Assembly (NCBI RefSeq): GCF_006345805.1
Contig: NC_043001.1
Location: 63,736,001-63,800,000, forward strand
Reading direction: 5' to 3'
Length of the DNA: 64,000 nucleotides
DNA from: Octopus sinensis
Lineage: Eukaryota
Below, in pieces: positions 38,090 to 54,443 of this stretch. The notes beneath the pieces are model-generated. The model was not told the origin of the DNA and made no database searches. It saw only the letters and a program-made list of their open reading frames with translations. How positions within the stretch are numbered: the stretch's first letter is position 1; every line of letters begins with the position of its first letter. Position numbers and translations under genes: made by a program.

Positions 38090-39575
38090 CATTATATTGG
38101 CCAATTGTTGATGTTGTTGCCGTTATTGTTGTTGTTATTGCAGTTATAGTTGTTGTGGCTGCTGTTATTATTGTTGTCGTTATTATCTTAGTTATTGTTG
38201 ATGCTGTCGCTGTTGATGCTGCCGTCGTTGTTTTAGTTGTTGTCGCAGCTGTTGTTATTGTTATTATTACTATTGTTGTTGTTGTTGTTGCCATTGTTGT
38301 TGCCGCCGTTATTGCTGTTGTTATTGTTGTTTTGTTTCCTGCCATTCTTGATCGAACAAACCTATTAGCAGAAACGTTCCAGTTTTTATATCATCCTTTA
38401 ATCAGACACGGTGCGTCTAGGTTTACGTTATCTAATGTGCACTCATTGTTTTCTCAGGCATTGTATGTCTAGGACTACAGCTTCTTATTCATCCTTTCTT
38501 TTATATGACAGGATAGGTTGATTTTGTAACGGTTTTTCAGGTGAAGTCAGTGATCACCATTTGTAACAGTATGGATTATGATAATTGTTGGAGTCGGCAG
38601 TTACCAATTGCATCGGGTGTTGATGTTGCAGATGCGCAGCATGAAAGAAGAACATTGATCGAAGTTGTAAACAAATATCTATTACCGTTACTTTGTATAT
38701 AACTGAACCACGACGGGCTGGCATGATATAACTCGTAAAGCATGCGAGCTAAAGAGAGATATCGTAGATTTTCCTTGTATCTCGTAAACCACAGATAGAG
38801 ATAGGGTAATGTAGTAGAAAAGAGAAAGTGAGCTAGTGAAATTGAGAGTGGTGGACGAAACAACTGCTTCTTTAGTGAGTTACCATAGTTGTCCCTCTGT
38901 GCCTTTTCTTTGAGAGACGGCGTTTCGTTCAGCCAGTCAGTCAACCCCCTTGTTCGACTTGGGCATACGGCGTTCTTGTAACCATACAAAACGAGCTAGA
39001 AAAATAGGTATATTGCAGAGAACAAGAGATTTCGCTGGGGGTCGACCTGTTATCTCAATTCTAACTTTACGAAGGCTAGAAGACGTTAGGAGGGTCAAGT
39101 GGCAAAGCCATAAATCGGCTTGGCAAAGCCATATGTTAAATGTAACTGCTGTCAACCATTAATTTTCTGTGAGAAAAGTCCTCTTGAAATGTTAAAGGAA
39201 ATTGGCAGATTCAGGTTCGAATCTGCTTTATGCCTGAAAGAAGCCACTACGATTTAAAATAGATTGACTTAGGGTAGACTCTTCCCACTCCCGTGCAACG
39301 GCGATCGGTAAACGTTCATGCTGTTGGCCGGAAAACAAGTAAACTATCTAAATGGCTGTGTAATTGCCTGACATCCTTCAGTGAAAATGGTAAATTCTTT
39401 ACCTAGTGACTAAACAATTATTTCAAAGAATTTTCTTTCCATTTTTTCTTTAACCATTATCAGAAATGTTGTAAAGTTGGTAGTTTCTGTATGTTTCATC
39501 CAAGTGGATGATTCATAATTATATAGCATTTTGCTACATACATACATACATACATACATACACATACATACATAT

Positions 39576-39664
<89 letters not shown>

Positions 39665-39772
39665 CACGTATGTATGTATATATATATACACACACGTGTA
39701 GATGTACAGAGACATATATACATAAATACGTACGCACATACATACATACATACATACATACACATACATACA

Positions 39773-39806
<34 letters not shown>

Positions 39807-40054
39807 CATACACATCACGGCATTCATATTGAATCGATAATGATTTGGTAACGGGTTCTATGCTTTCGTTAAGTGTTTTTAGGTGCCCGAACAATCGTGC
39901 GAAGCCATAGACACTGTCTCGGCTGTGTCTGTGAATGTATCTATGTATATGTCTGTGTCTGTGAATGTATATATGTACATCTATATGTGAATGTTATTGT
40001 TATTTTATTATTATTATTATTATTATTTTATTATTATTATTATTATTATTATTA

Positions 40055-40090
<36 letters not shown>

Positions 40091-40278
40091 TTTTATTATT
40101 ATTATTTATTATTATTATTATATATTATTATTATTATTATTATTATATTATCATTATTATTATTATTATTATTATTATATTATTATTATTATATTATTAT
40201 ATTATTATTATTATTTATTATTATTATTATTATTATATTATTATTATTACTTTTATTATTATTATTATTATTATTTTA

Positions 40279-40322
<44 letters not shown>

Positions 40323-40342
40323 TATTATTATTATTATTATTA

Positions 40343-41093
<751 letters not shown>

Positions 41094-41127
41094 ACTACTA
41101 CTACTATTATTATTATTATTATTATTA

Positions 41128-41399
41128 TAAGTCCTGGTGTTTTTGTTATGTATTTGTCTGAATATTTTTTTATCATGCCTAATGCACCTACTATGATAGG
41201 AATTGTTTCTGTTTTTAGATTCCACATTCTGGTTACCTCTATTTCCAGGTCTTTGTATTTTGAAAGTTTCTCCATTTCTTTTAGAGACACGTTGTCATCT
41301 GCCGGTATTGATACATCAATTAGAAAGCATTTTTTCTTCATGATCTCTGACAACTATATCTGGTCTGTTGGCCTTAATTTCTCTATCTGTGTGTATCGG

Positions 41400-41401
<2 letters not shown>
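41128..41401 (-). mobile_element. Internal R4/Dong endonuclease fragment bounded by (AAT)n; duplicate at 43848-44120
   Basis: Covers PIHTDREIK to ITKTPGL only and differs by SNPs from the neighbouring copy. Confidence 0.85.
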
Positions 41402-41430
<29 letters not shown>

Positions 41431-41985
41431 GAGTGATAGAGCAGTTCATGCCATCAAAGTGACACTGGGGTAAAATATACGAAGCCCAATATACCCATCA
41501 TGACTACCCGTCTGATAAAGGTACACCAGGCACATGCATCACAACCATATGTGCGCGACATGGTGATCTCATATCAAGATAAACAGCACATGACCTTGCA
41601 GGTGGGGCCCAGTTAGAATTTTCTTCAGGTTGAGTAGCCCATCCCGCTCAAACGGTCCCTGAATAAGGGTTGTTTAAGGACGTTGAAAGAACCACCCATG
41701 TTTCCAGAGGTGAACTATTCAAACTCCAAAGAATCCCTCTCAACACATGGCTATGATGCTCCCCCACTACTACTGCTCGTGATCAGAGATGCACATATCG
41801 TCAGCCACTAAGGGACATGCTCAACTGGTTAAGGTCAAACAACTGACAAGCAAATCTGTGGTATTGAGCAGAATATTTGCTGTAGCCCATCTTTTATACC
41901 AAGACAAAACAATGTACATGATAACACTTCCAATCAGTTAAGATCAGAAGCCATGAGAGCCACTGCCTGGTACTGCATCAGGGCA
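41431..41985 (-). mobile_element. Second copy of the ~550-bp (AAT)n-inserted element
   Basis: Reverse complement of 17916-18466; absent from the duplicate position near 44120. Confidence 0.85.
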
Positions 41986-42032
41986 TTATTATTATTATTA
42001 TTATTATTATATTATTATTATTATTATTATTA

Positions 42033-42082
<50 letters not shown>

Positions 42083-42084
42083 TA

Positions 42085-42158
<74 letters not shown>

Positions 42159-42969
42159 GTTTGGCTTTTATTTTGTGTTTGTACAAGTTGACTCCAAGAC
42201 TCGTTCAAGTTGGTGTTATGACTAGGGTATTGTTCTTGAGATTGTCTGTCAAGACATAAATAGAAGTAATTTGATTATAAGATGATAGCATGATGTTAAG
42301 ATGACTGTAAAAGGTGTTTACTATTATGTACATTTTATAAGGGTTTTAACACTATTTGCGTATTAAAATGTTTGGGGGATTACATGGACAATATTTTAAG
42401 TAAGATACGAGCAGTTTCCATCAGCACAATTTTTTTAATTTCTTCCATTTTTGGATTTCCTTGTATCTGAGATAGGTAGCAATTAGCCTCTTTTGCTATC
42501 ATTCTTAGGACACCTATGACAACAGGTATTGTTTTAGTCTTGAGGTTCCACATTTTGCCAATTTCTATTTCAAGATCTTTATACTTGCTCAGTTTTTGGT
42601 CGATTTTGATAGATACATTTATGCCGATTGGAACAATCATATCTATGAAGTGAAATGATTTTTGTATAAAATCCTTCAATATAATGTCCGGCTTATTTGT
42701 ATCTATCTTTCTGTTAGTTTGAACGGCGAAGTTCCGAAGGAGTGAGATGTGGTCATTTCCAAGCACTGGCGGTGATTTGTGTTCCCACCATAATGATTTG
42801 GTAACGGGTTCTATGCTTTCGTTAAGTGTTTTTAGGTGCCCGAACAATCGTGCGAAGCCATAGACACTGTCTCGGCTGTGTCTGTGAATGTATCTATGTA
42901 TATGTCTGTGTCTGTGAATGTATATATGTACATCTATATGTGAATGTTATTGTTATTTTATTACTATTA

Positions 42970-43154
<185 letters not shown>

Positions 43155-43682
43155 TAGTTTTATTTTTATAGCGTGCTTTCACTTCACTACCGAGCGCAGC
43201 TCTGTGTGCCTTGGGTATGTGCTGTGATTTGTTGTGATGCTCTGATTGTTATTGTATGGAGAGTGTTCTGCGTAGGATGTGTGCAGTGCCTAGTAGTGCA
43301 ATTTTCTGTATGTTATATGTGTTTGTAAGTCCTGGTGTTTTTGTTATGTATTTGTCTGAATATTTTTTTATCATGCCTAATGCACCTACTATGATAGGAA
43401 TTGTTTCTGTTTTCAGATTCCACATTCTAGTTACCTCTATTTCCAGGTCTTTGTATTTTGAGAGTTTCTCCATTTCTGTTAGAGAAACGTTGTCATCTGC
43501 CGGTATTGATACATCAATTAGAAAGCATTTTTTTCTTCATGATCTCTGACAACTATATCTGGTCTGTTGGCCTTAATTTCTCTATCTGTGTGTATCGGCA
43601 TATCCCAGAGTATGGTTGCTTTCTCGTTTTCTGTGACCTTTTCTGGTGTGTGCCTATACCATCTTTTTTCTGTTGTTTTCTG

Positions 43683-43825
<143 letters not shown>

Positions 43826-44166
43826 TTATTATTATTATTATTATTATAAGTCCTGGTGTTTTTGTTATGTATTTGTCTGAATATTTTTTTATCATGCCTA
43901 ATGCACCTACTATGATAGGAATTGTTTCTGTTTTTAGATTCCACATTCTGGTTACCTCTATTTCCAGGTCTTTGTATTTTGAAAGTTTCTCCATTTCTTT
44001 TAGAGACACGTTGTCATCTGCCGGTATTGATGCATCAATTAGAAAGCATTTTTTTCTTCATGATCTCTGACAACTATATCTGGTCTGTTGGCCTTAATTC
44101 TCTATCTGTGTGTATCGGCATTATATTATTATTATTATATTATTATTATTATTATTATTATTATTG

Positions 44167-44232
<66 letters not shown>

Positions 44233-44235
<3 letters not shown>

Positions 44236-45110
44236 GTTTGGCTTTTATTTTGTGTTTGTACAAGTTGACTCCAAGACTCGTTCAAGTTGGTGTTATGACT
44301 AGGGTATTGTTCTCGAGATTGTCTGTCAAGACATAAATAAAAGTAATTTGATTATAAGATGATAGCATGATGTTAAGATGACTGTAAAAGGTGTTTACTA
44401 TTATGTACATTTTATAAGGGTTTTAACACTATTTGCGTATTAAAATGTTTGGGGGATTACATGGACAATATTTTAAGTAAGATACGAGCAGTTTCCATCA
44501 GCACAATTTTTTTAATTTCTTCCATTTTTGGATTTCCTTGTATCTGAGATAGGTAGCAATTAGCCTCTTTTGCTATCATTCTTAGGACACCTATGACAAC
44601 AGGTATTGTTTTAGTCTTGAGGTTCCACATTTTGTCAATTTCTATTTCAAGATCTTTATACTTGCTCAGTTTTTGGCCGATTTTGATAGATACATTTATG
44701 CCGATTGGAACAATCATATCTATGAAGTGAAATGATTTTTGTATAAAATCCTTCAATATAACGTCCGGCTTATTTGTATCTATCTTTCTGTTAGTTTGAA
44801 CGGCGAAGTTCCGAAGGAGTGAGATGTGGTCATTTCCAAGCACTGGCGGTGATTTGTGTTCCCACCAGCTTTTATCGTGGGGCACATCTAAGTCTTTGCA
44901 AATTCCCAGTGAATATACTGTGCTGTTCTATCATGCCTGTTGAGATACTCTGTATGCGCAAGAAGACTGCATATGGAGAAATGATCGATGGTTTCATTTT
45001 ATTGTTTACATACACGACATGTTTGGCCACTGCCGTTCTTTAGGATATTCGCCAAGCAGCTTTTTGTAGGTATGCATTGATTTTGGGCTGCTATGATAAA
45101 CCCTTCTGTC
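44233..45110 (-). mobile_element. Second R4/Dong subfamily fragment (zinc-knuckle remnant, endonuclease, 3' UTR); truncated duplicate at 42157-42790
   Basis: CRVCKQ..ETIDH...C...YLNRHDRTAQYIHW, then WWEHKSPPVL...TNKPDVIL...KLSKYKDLEIEI..MWNLK. Confidence 0.85.
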
Positions 45111-46210
45111 TCTGATTTTAAGCCAGAAGCCAGTGGCTCCCAAACCGTAAGATGTAATTAGGTGCGCCTCGTAAAAGAAAGGTTATATTTTAAAATATGG
45201 AAAATACAAACTGAAATTCACTAGAAAGTTCATAAATGTCGAAGTGGCAAAAAAACTAAATACTAAGTTCTAAACTAAGAATAAGAGGTGGTTGTGTCAT
45301 TCAATACATTTAGGCTAATTATGGTATGACAGTTTTATTCAATTTTGAATCTGAAACTTTGTAAGGATAAGAACTACATTAACATCAATCTATCTTTGAA
45401 ATTGACGTCTTATGGACATAGTCAGTTCACGACTATACATCAGTTTATTTCGGTCGTAGCCTCAGCAGTTTTCATATCAATAATAAATATGAAAAATAAG
45501 CTATTGAGCTAAAATATACGATGTTGAACTAAATCTTTTAATATGTCCTCACGGCTGTATTTCAATTTTTTTCATTCATATAGTGGCGAGAATTTTCATC
45601 TTTTCAATTAATTTTGAAAGACTTCTCAAAAGAGTCCAATAATATGTGACACGCTGCCACTTTTCACAGCTTGCTGGTCACTTGTCTCAGTCTCCGTTTG
45701 ACTGTTAGTAGTCTGGGCTCTTCGTGCGAGACAATTCATATTAACAGGTTAAATTACCCATAAAATGGAAATGTTTATTAAGAGGAAACATAACCGTGAC
45801 GATTATGAATCTGAAAGTGAACGTTCGTCAAAAGTAGCTTTTACGTATTAAAGGATAATAATGCGAAAGTACGGCCCAATCGTAAATATTGCAATAGCTA
45901 TTTCAAGTGTAGGTTTCATTGGACTGGTAACGACGATCAACCTCTTCCGCTGTGTGTAAAAAGATGTCTAACGAAGGCATGTTGCCCAGAAAGTTGAAAA
46001 GAGATTTTACAACTAAACACTCACATCTTCAATGCAAAGATCTGAATTATTTTCAAAGACTGCTAGAAAAGCAATCTAAACAAAGAAATTATTTTGAAAA
46101 AAGTAGACAATTGACTCAGTAAAACGAAAACTAAAAAAAACGCATCTCAAAGGACACACAAACCAACACCAATCACCGCAGTACAATCCAATTCACCATC
46201 ACCACCACAC

Positions 46211-46242
<32 letters not shown>

Positions 46243-46589
46243 CAACAGAAACACTATCGTTCTTACCTTCACAATCAAAATCAACAACACAACAGACAAC
46301 TTCTCAAACAGAACCAAACCCTCGTTGGAAACATCGACAACAGCAAATACAGCAAAAAGACACAAACTCCATAAACTAAACAAAAGTTTACTCCACAATA
46401 CCAAATGTCAGAAACACATTACATAACACCCCCAAAAATCGCACCACTAACACATAAAAATTATCCCAATAGACCAAAACATAGCTACAGTGTTAAAAAG
46501 AAATTTCTCGAGGCAATTGGAGATTACTGAGGGACACAATCAAAAAGCTTTTCGTGTTCCTTCTTGACTATTCGTGGGTCAAAGGAGCA

Positions 46590-47232
46590 TGCAACATCAA
46601 CTATATAGCATATGTGGTGCACCTTGTCCCCCACCAATGGGTCCCGTCTGTTATGCTTAGCACCTGATCTGTTTGGATTGGGAAATCCCAGAGGATTTTG
46701 CTAGTCTCCGTCTCCACCACTTTCTGCGGTTTGTTCTCATACCACGTCTTGCCTCTCTCTAGTCCCCAGATTCCTAAGGTTGACCCTCCCGTTCGTGGCC
46801 AGAGCTTGGTCTTGCGCTGCCAGTATAGTGCTCTCGATCTCTTTTTTTTAGGGTTCTTTTCATCAGCCAGTCCCACCTATTTTTTTCCAACAATATCTGT
46901 TGTGGCTACATGGAATTGATTGTGTAGTCCCTTGTTGCGTAATTCTTCTTCATTTCATTTCTGTACTTCTTCCTTTGTTTTCCCTTTTTTTCTCTGTTCT
47001 CAATACTCCCTCATTCCCAACTGTCACTAGCAAGGTTTTCTTACTTTGGGCTAGGTATCTCATTAAGCTCTCGAGTTCGATATGCATGCAGTCTTCCACA
47101 CTTATCAGTCCCCTTCCTCCATTTGCTCTCTTCATATATAGGCGATCAGTGTCTACACGTGGATGATGGGTTCCATGCCTCGTTAGGAGCTTTCTTGACT
47201 TCCTGTCCACCTCCTTTAGCTTCACCTCTCTC

Positions 47233-47235
<3 letters not shown>
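46590..47235 (-). mobile_element. Third R4/Dong-type fragment (post-RT region joined to the start of the endonuclease)
   Basis: DRKSRKLLTRHGTHHPRVDTDRLYMKRANGGRGLISVEDC; WYENKPQKVVETETSKILWDFPIQTD; 5' end abuts (AAT)n. Confidence 0.8.
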
Positions 47236-47285
<50 letters not shown>

Positions 47286-47286
<1 letters not shown>

Positions 47287-47320
47287 TAGCAGAAAGACCA
47301 CCCTCCGGGCGGTTTTCTGC
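47286..47320 (-). mobile_element. Probable Helitron 3' terminus
   Basis: GCAGAAAGACC...GGTTTTCTGC hairpin next to minus-strand CTAG|T at 47286. Confidence 0.45.
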
Positions 47321-47591
47321 AAGCCCTTGATTATATTCCCATTCCTAATAATTTTTATATTTTACGTCTAATTATTTCTTTGTATATTTCTTTGCTTAGT
47401 AAATATTGCTTTCATTACTTTATCATAGTCATAATCTCTATTTTTTAAACAAACATCACAGTAGTCCAACAACAGAGGGAGAAGCAGTTTGTCAAGTTTT
47501 ACCTTCCCCTCAAAGCAACATAGAGATTTCAATTCAGCAGCCCATCTGTAAGCTTTGCAGTGAGAGACAGAGAGAGAGAGAGAGAGAGAGT

Positions 47592-47639
<48 letters not shown>

Positions 47640-48801
47640 GAACATTGCAAACAATGAATGAAATAAACATGAAATGAAAACATCGTATAAATAAAATGGC
47701 ATTACTACAGGTGTATACGCCCCCGACTTTGTTGTCTCATAACATCCAGAAAAATGGATACTTCTTAACAAAATTTTCTACAAATGCCGCTTAGATGCTG
47801 TGGCTTCAGAGTATATAGGGATCTATGGGAAAGAATTTTGGCGAGGGGGTGGAAAGAGGAGTTTCAGAAAATTCACACGACCTGACTTTTTTCCCTCATA
47901 ACTTTCAGGAAGATGAGTATCTTTTAATGAATATTTATACAAATCCCTTTCAAACAGCAGAGATTATGATTATAAATAAATTTGTGGGGGGAAATTTTTT
48001 CGAGGATTTTCCCCATCTTTTTTGAAACCACAGCCTTCGAAATGGGATGGAGGCATCTTTGTACGAAAAATATTTTTTTACACCCCTTCCCTTATCCTAT
48101 TTTGACCAATTTTTTTTCTTTTTTTGCACTTCAAAACCATGGGAAGTGCATTTTCAGTGAAAAAAACTTTTTTAATTGTTTATATTTTCAGAGAGAAAAG
48201 TGATTTAAGTGCGATTTGGCTGATGTTTCCAGCACATCCAAAGACAACCCTCCTCGTTTCTTTATCACTCTTGCATGTATTAATGTTTTTCAATATTTTT
48301 CCTCATAAATACATTTATATGCTATAAAAAGAACATTTTAGAAATTATGAATTCTTTGCAACCTCACTCCCTGCCGCCGATTGTTTCTGTTTATAAATGA
48401 AAATATTGGAGATCCTGCGAAGGTCATTGCTGGCATTTATCCACAGTGAATTTTAAAAATCACGGCGGTATACTTGCATAGCAAGTGACTTGATCTGAGA
48501 TCGTGTTCTGAAACAAAAACAATTGCAGCGTGGAGAGTGTTTGTAAACCATTCAAGAACACACAAATACTGTTGGTTTCACTTCAACATTAAAGCGTTAT
48601 TTGTGTCAAAATATTTTCGTCGCTTTGAAACCACTGACAAAAGTTCACAAAAGTGATGCAGCACGAAGTTTGTCAGTGAACAACACACACACACACACAC
48701 ACACACACATGCACACGCACACACACATTCATTACCTTTCATTTGTGTGTATGTGTATCTGTGCGTGCGCGAGTGCGTATTGGTGTGTGTGTGTGTGTGT
48801 G

Positions 48802-48855
<54 letters not shown>

Positions 48856-49283
48856 GTTGAAGTTGTGTTTGGAAATTGTGAATAAGGTACAAGTTTTTTC
48901 TCCTCGTCTTCTAATAGTAATTACCCAACTTTCTAGGCTCTTCTCACAGCTATCCCGCGTTCAAAAATTGCACGGGTATTTAAAAAAATTTTCATTCAAT
49001 AAATAATGTTTTTACATAACGTGTATATTATTAGCGAATTGAAACTTAAAAGAGAAAGTGAGAGACTTTGAAAATGAGAATGGAATACTCCGCAGTGAAT
49101 AAATGAAAATTTTAATTTGTGATGAATTGGACGCAGTGAATATTTAAATTTGCAAGGTATTGGAGTTTAAAAACTATAATAAACTTGAGAAATCGAAGTT
49201 ATGGGAAATTTCTTAGAACATGAATTTATAAAAATATTTCCAGATGGGCAACAGCATTCTTCATTATAGTATATACTATAAAA

Positions 49284-49941
49284 GGCGGCGAGCTGGAGAA
49301 ACATTAGCACGCCAGGTGAAATGCTTAGCGGTATTTCGTCTGCCGTTACGTTCTGAATTCAAATTCCGCCGAGGTCAACTTTGCCTTTCATCCTTTCAGG
49401 GTCGATTAAATAAGTACCAGTTACGCACTGGGGTCGATATAATCGACTTAAACCGTTTGTCTGTCCTTGTTTCTCCTCTCTGTGTTTAGCCCCTTGTGGG
49501 TAGTAAAGAAATATGTATTTCGTCAGCCGTTACGTTCTGAGTTCATATTCCGCCGAGGTCGACTTTGCCTTTCATCCTTTTGGGGTCGATTAAATAAGTA
49601 CCAGTTACGCACTGGGGTCGATGTAATCGACTTAATCCGTTTGTCTGTCCTTGTTTATCCTCTCAGTGTTTAGCCCCTTGTGGGTAGTAGAGAAATAGGT
49701 ATTTCGTCCGCCGTTTCGTTCTAAGTTCAAATTCCGTGGAGGTCGACTTTGCCTTTCATCCTTTATAGTAAAGAAATAGGTATTTCGCCTGTCGCTACGT
49801 TCTGATTTCAAATTCCGCCGAGGTCGACTTTACCTTCATCTTTTCGGGTCGATAAATTAAGTAGCAGTTGAGTACTGGGGTTGATGTAATCGACTTAACT
49901 CCTCCCTTAAATTTCAGGCCTTGTGCCTATAGTAGAAAGGA
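49284..49941 (+). mobile_element. Head-to-tail SINE multimer (one head, four bodies)
   Basis: GTATTTCG body starts at 49331, 49515, 49699 and 49780 (spacing 184, 184, 81). Confidence 0.85.
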
Positions 49942-49953
49942 TTATTATTATTA

Positions 49954-50011
<58 letters not shown>

Positions 50012-50214
50012 TTCAAGCAGTTTGATTCGGCTAAGAGCCACTACCTCCAAATCTGTGCATGCATTTTAAGTGTTTGATGCCAAAAGCTACTTTCTAGACA
50101 GATGCCATCTGCATTCAACTATCAAATTCTGGAACAATGTTCCGGAAATCGACAGTGGAATCCAAATGTATAGAGAATTACTCTGTAAATAACTGCCATA
50201 TATATATATATATT

Positions 50215-50250
<36 letters not shown>

Positions 50251-50384
50251 GTGAAATAGAAAGATGAATAATCTTGTAGTAGATTAATCAAAAGTTTAAC
50301 CGATACCTTAGTAGCAAAAATCACGGCAGTAAACAGCACGGTTGGAGGTACAACCATCTGGCGTTGCAACCGTGCGTTTGGATG

Positions 50385-50437
<53 letters not shown>

Positions 50438-50582
50438 TCAATAAATGGTGGGGTTGTGTTGACCGCACGTGGAGAAATGATAAGTAAGGAAAAAATTTTT
50501 TTTTTTTTTAAAAAAGCAGAATGCTCAAATGAAAGAAAATTTTAATAAAATGAGAAATTGATAAAATATATAAATATATATT

Positions 50583-50623
50583 TATTCAACCGGTTTTCGT
50601 CATTGTATGACTTGTCAAGAATA
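50583..50623 (-). ncRNA. Variant type I HHR (U3-A8), second copy within 50436-50793
   Basis: TATTC-TTGACAA-GTC-atacaat-GAC-GAAAA-CCGGT-T-GAATA; differs from the first copy only in the stem II loop; element flanked by (TA)n on both sides. Confidence 0.6.
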
Positions 50624-50791
50624 TTTATGTTTTAAAAAGTTTTTTTTTAAATTAGAAAGGGGAAAAAAAGAAAATTGCATTGTTTTTTGTAAAAGAATAA
50701 TGATAAAAATGTACAAAAATTAAAAAATAAGTTCTCCGATACATTGTGAGTTCGTTGTGTATCTTGAGTTTTATGGTTGTTCACGAAAAAT

Positions 50792-50886
<95 letters not shown>

Positions 50887-50975
50887 GATATATATATATA
50901 TAGATATATATATATATATATAATATATATATATATAGATATATATATATATACACATAAATATATATACATATA

Positions 50976-53385
<2,410 letters not shown>

Positions 53386-53496
53386 TATATATGTGTGTGT
53401 GTGTGTGTGCGTGTGCGTAGCTATCTATATGTGTGTATGCATGTGTGTGTGTGTGCGTGTGCACACATGTATGTATGCATGTATGTATATATGTAT

Positions 53497-54262
53497 GTCA
53501 GGTCGCTCTTGAGTGCTACTGGTAACATGTAATCCAGTACAACCTGTCGCATGGTCGGGTCGTCGGCGACTAAACTGGCAACCCAACCAGGCTTGCTTGG
53601 TGAGGAGGGTGTTGTTGGACACCCAGCGGGATGAAAAATAAAACCTGAACAGTCAATTTCTTTAATAACCATGAGGTTGAGAAAAAGAGGGGACAATACG
53701 AGGGCAGACAAAACAAACATTGGGGTCAGGGGATCGAATGAGACTAAACGTATGAATAAACAATTAAAATATATACAATTAAATGAGAATGAGTGATTTA
53801 CAAAAGATGAAGCGGAGAACGCAGTCGACCCCACAAACCACATACTCACACTGAAGACTTTGCTTTGCCCTTTTTTTGTTCTCGTTTTAGACAGGTTCTT
53901 TCACTCGCAATATACTTGCTACAGACTTCCATCTTTTACGAAACACTCTTTGCGACAGGCATTTCTTCTCCAGCCTTATTTTCCGTTTCATGTGGAAAGC
54001 GGAAAAGTCAATTAACCCGAGACTGGAGAGGAATATGCCTGTTGCAATTCCTTTCACTCTCGTCTTCCATACTGCTTCTTTCGCAACAGGAACTACCGAG
54101 AGAAAACAGGCTCGCTCCTCCCTGTTCAGAAAGGGCGGCGGAACGATCTTAATTACAGATTCGCTCGACAGTTGTACTCTTCTCGAATGCGACAGCAGTT
54201 GTTCGACATAAGCCCAGAGTTCAGTCACCTTGGGGCATTGCACAATCGCGTGTCTGTAAATA
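53497..54262 (-). mobile_element. 5'-truncated L1/Tx1-type retrotransposon
   Basis: HAIVQCPKVTELWAYVEQLL (end of the post-RT zinc knuckle)...KEAVWKTR...FRKRW; 3' end abuts a (CA)/(CAYA) tract. Confidence 0.65.
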
Positions 54263-54403
54263 TGTATGTATCTTTTTTTCTTCTTTTCTTTTTTTATGTG
54301 TATATATGTATAACTTTATATATATTATCTTTTAATTGCATATCTTACTTTTCTTTATACAATATTATTTGTATGTAATTCTTATTCACACAGTGTACCT
54401 TTT

Positions 54404-54443
<40 letters not shown>

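Noticed and set aside
46150-46500. Q/N-rich reading frame on the + strand
   Set aside because: Built on (CAA)n/(CCA)n repeats, contains a stop and shows no recognisable domain or splice signals.
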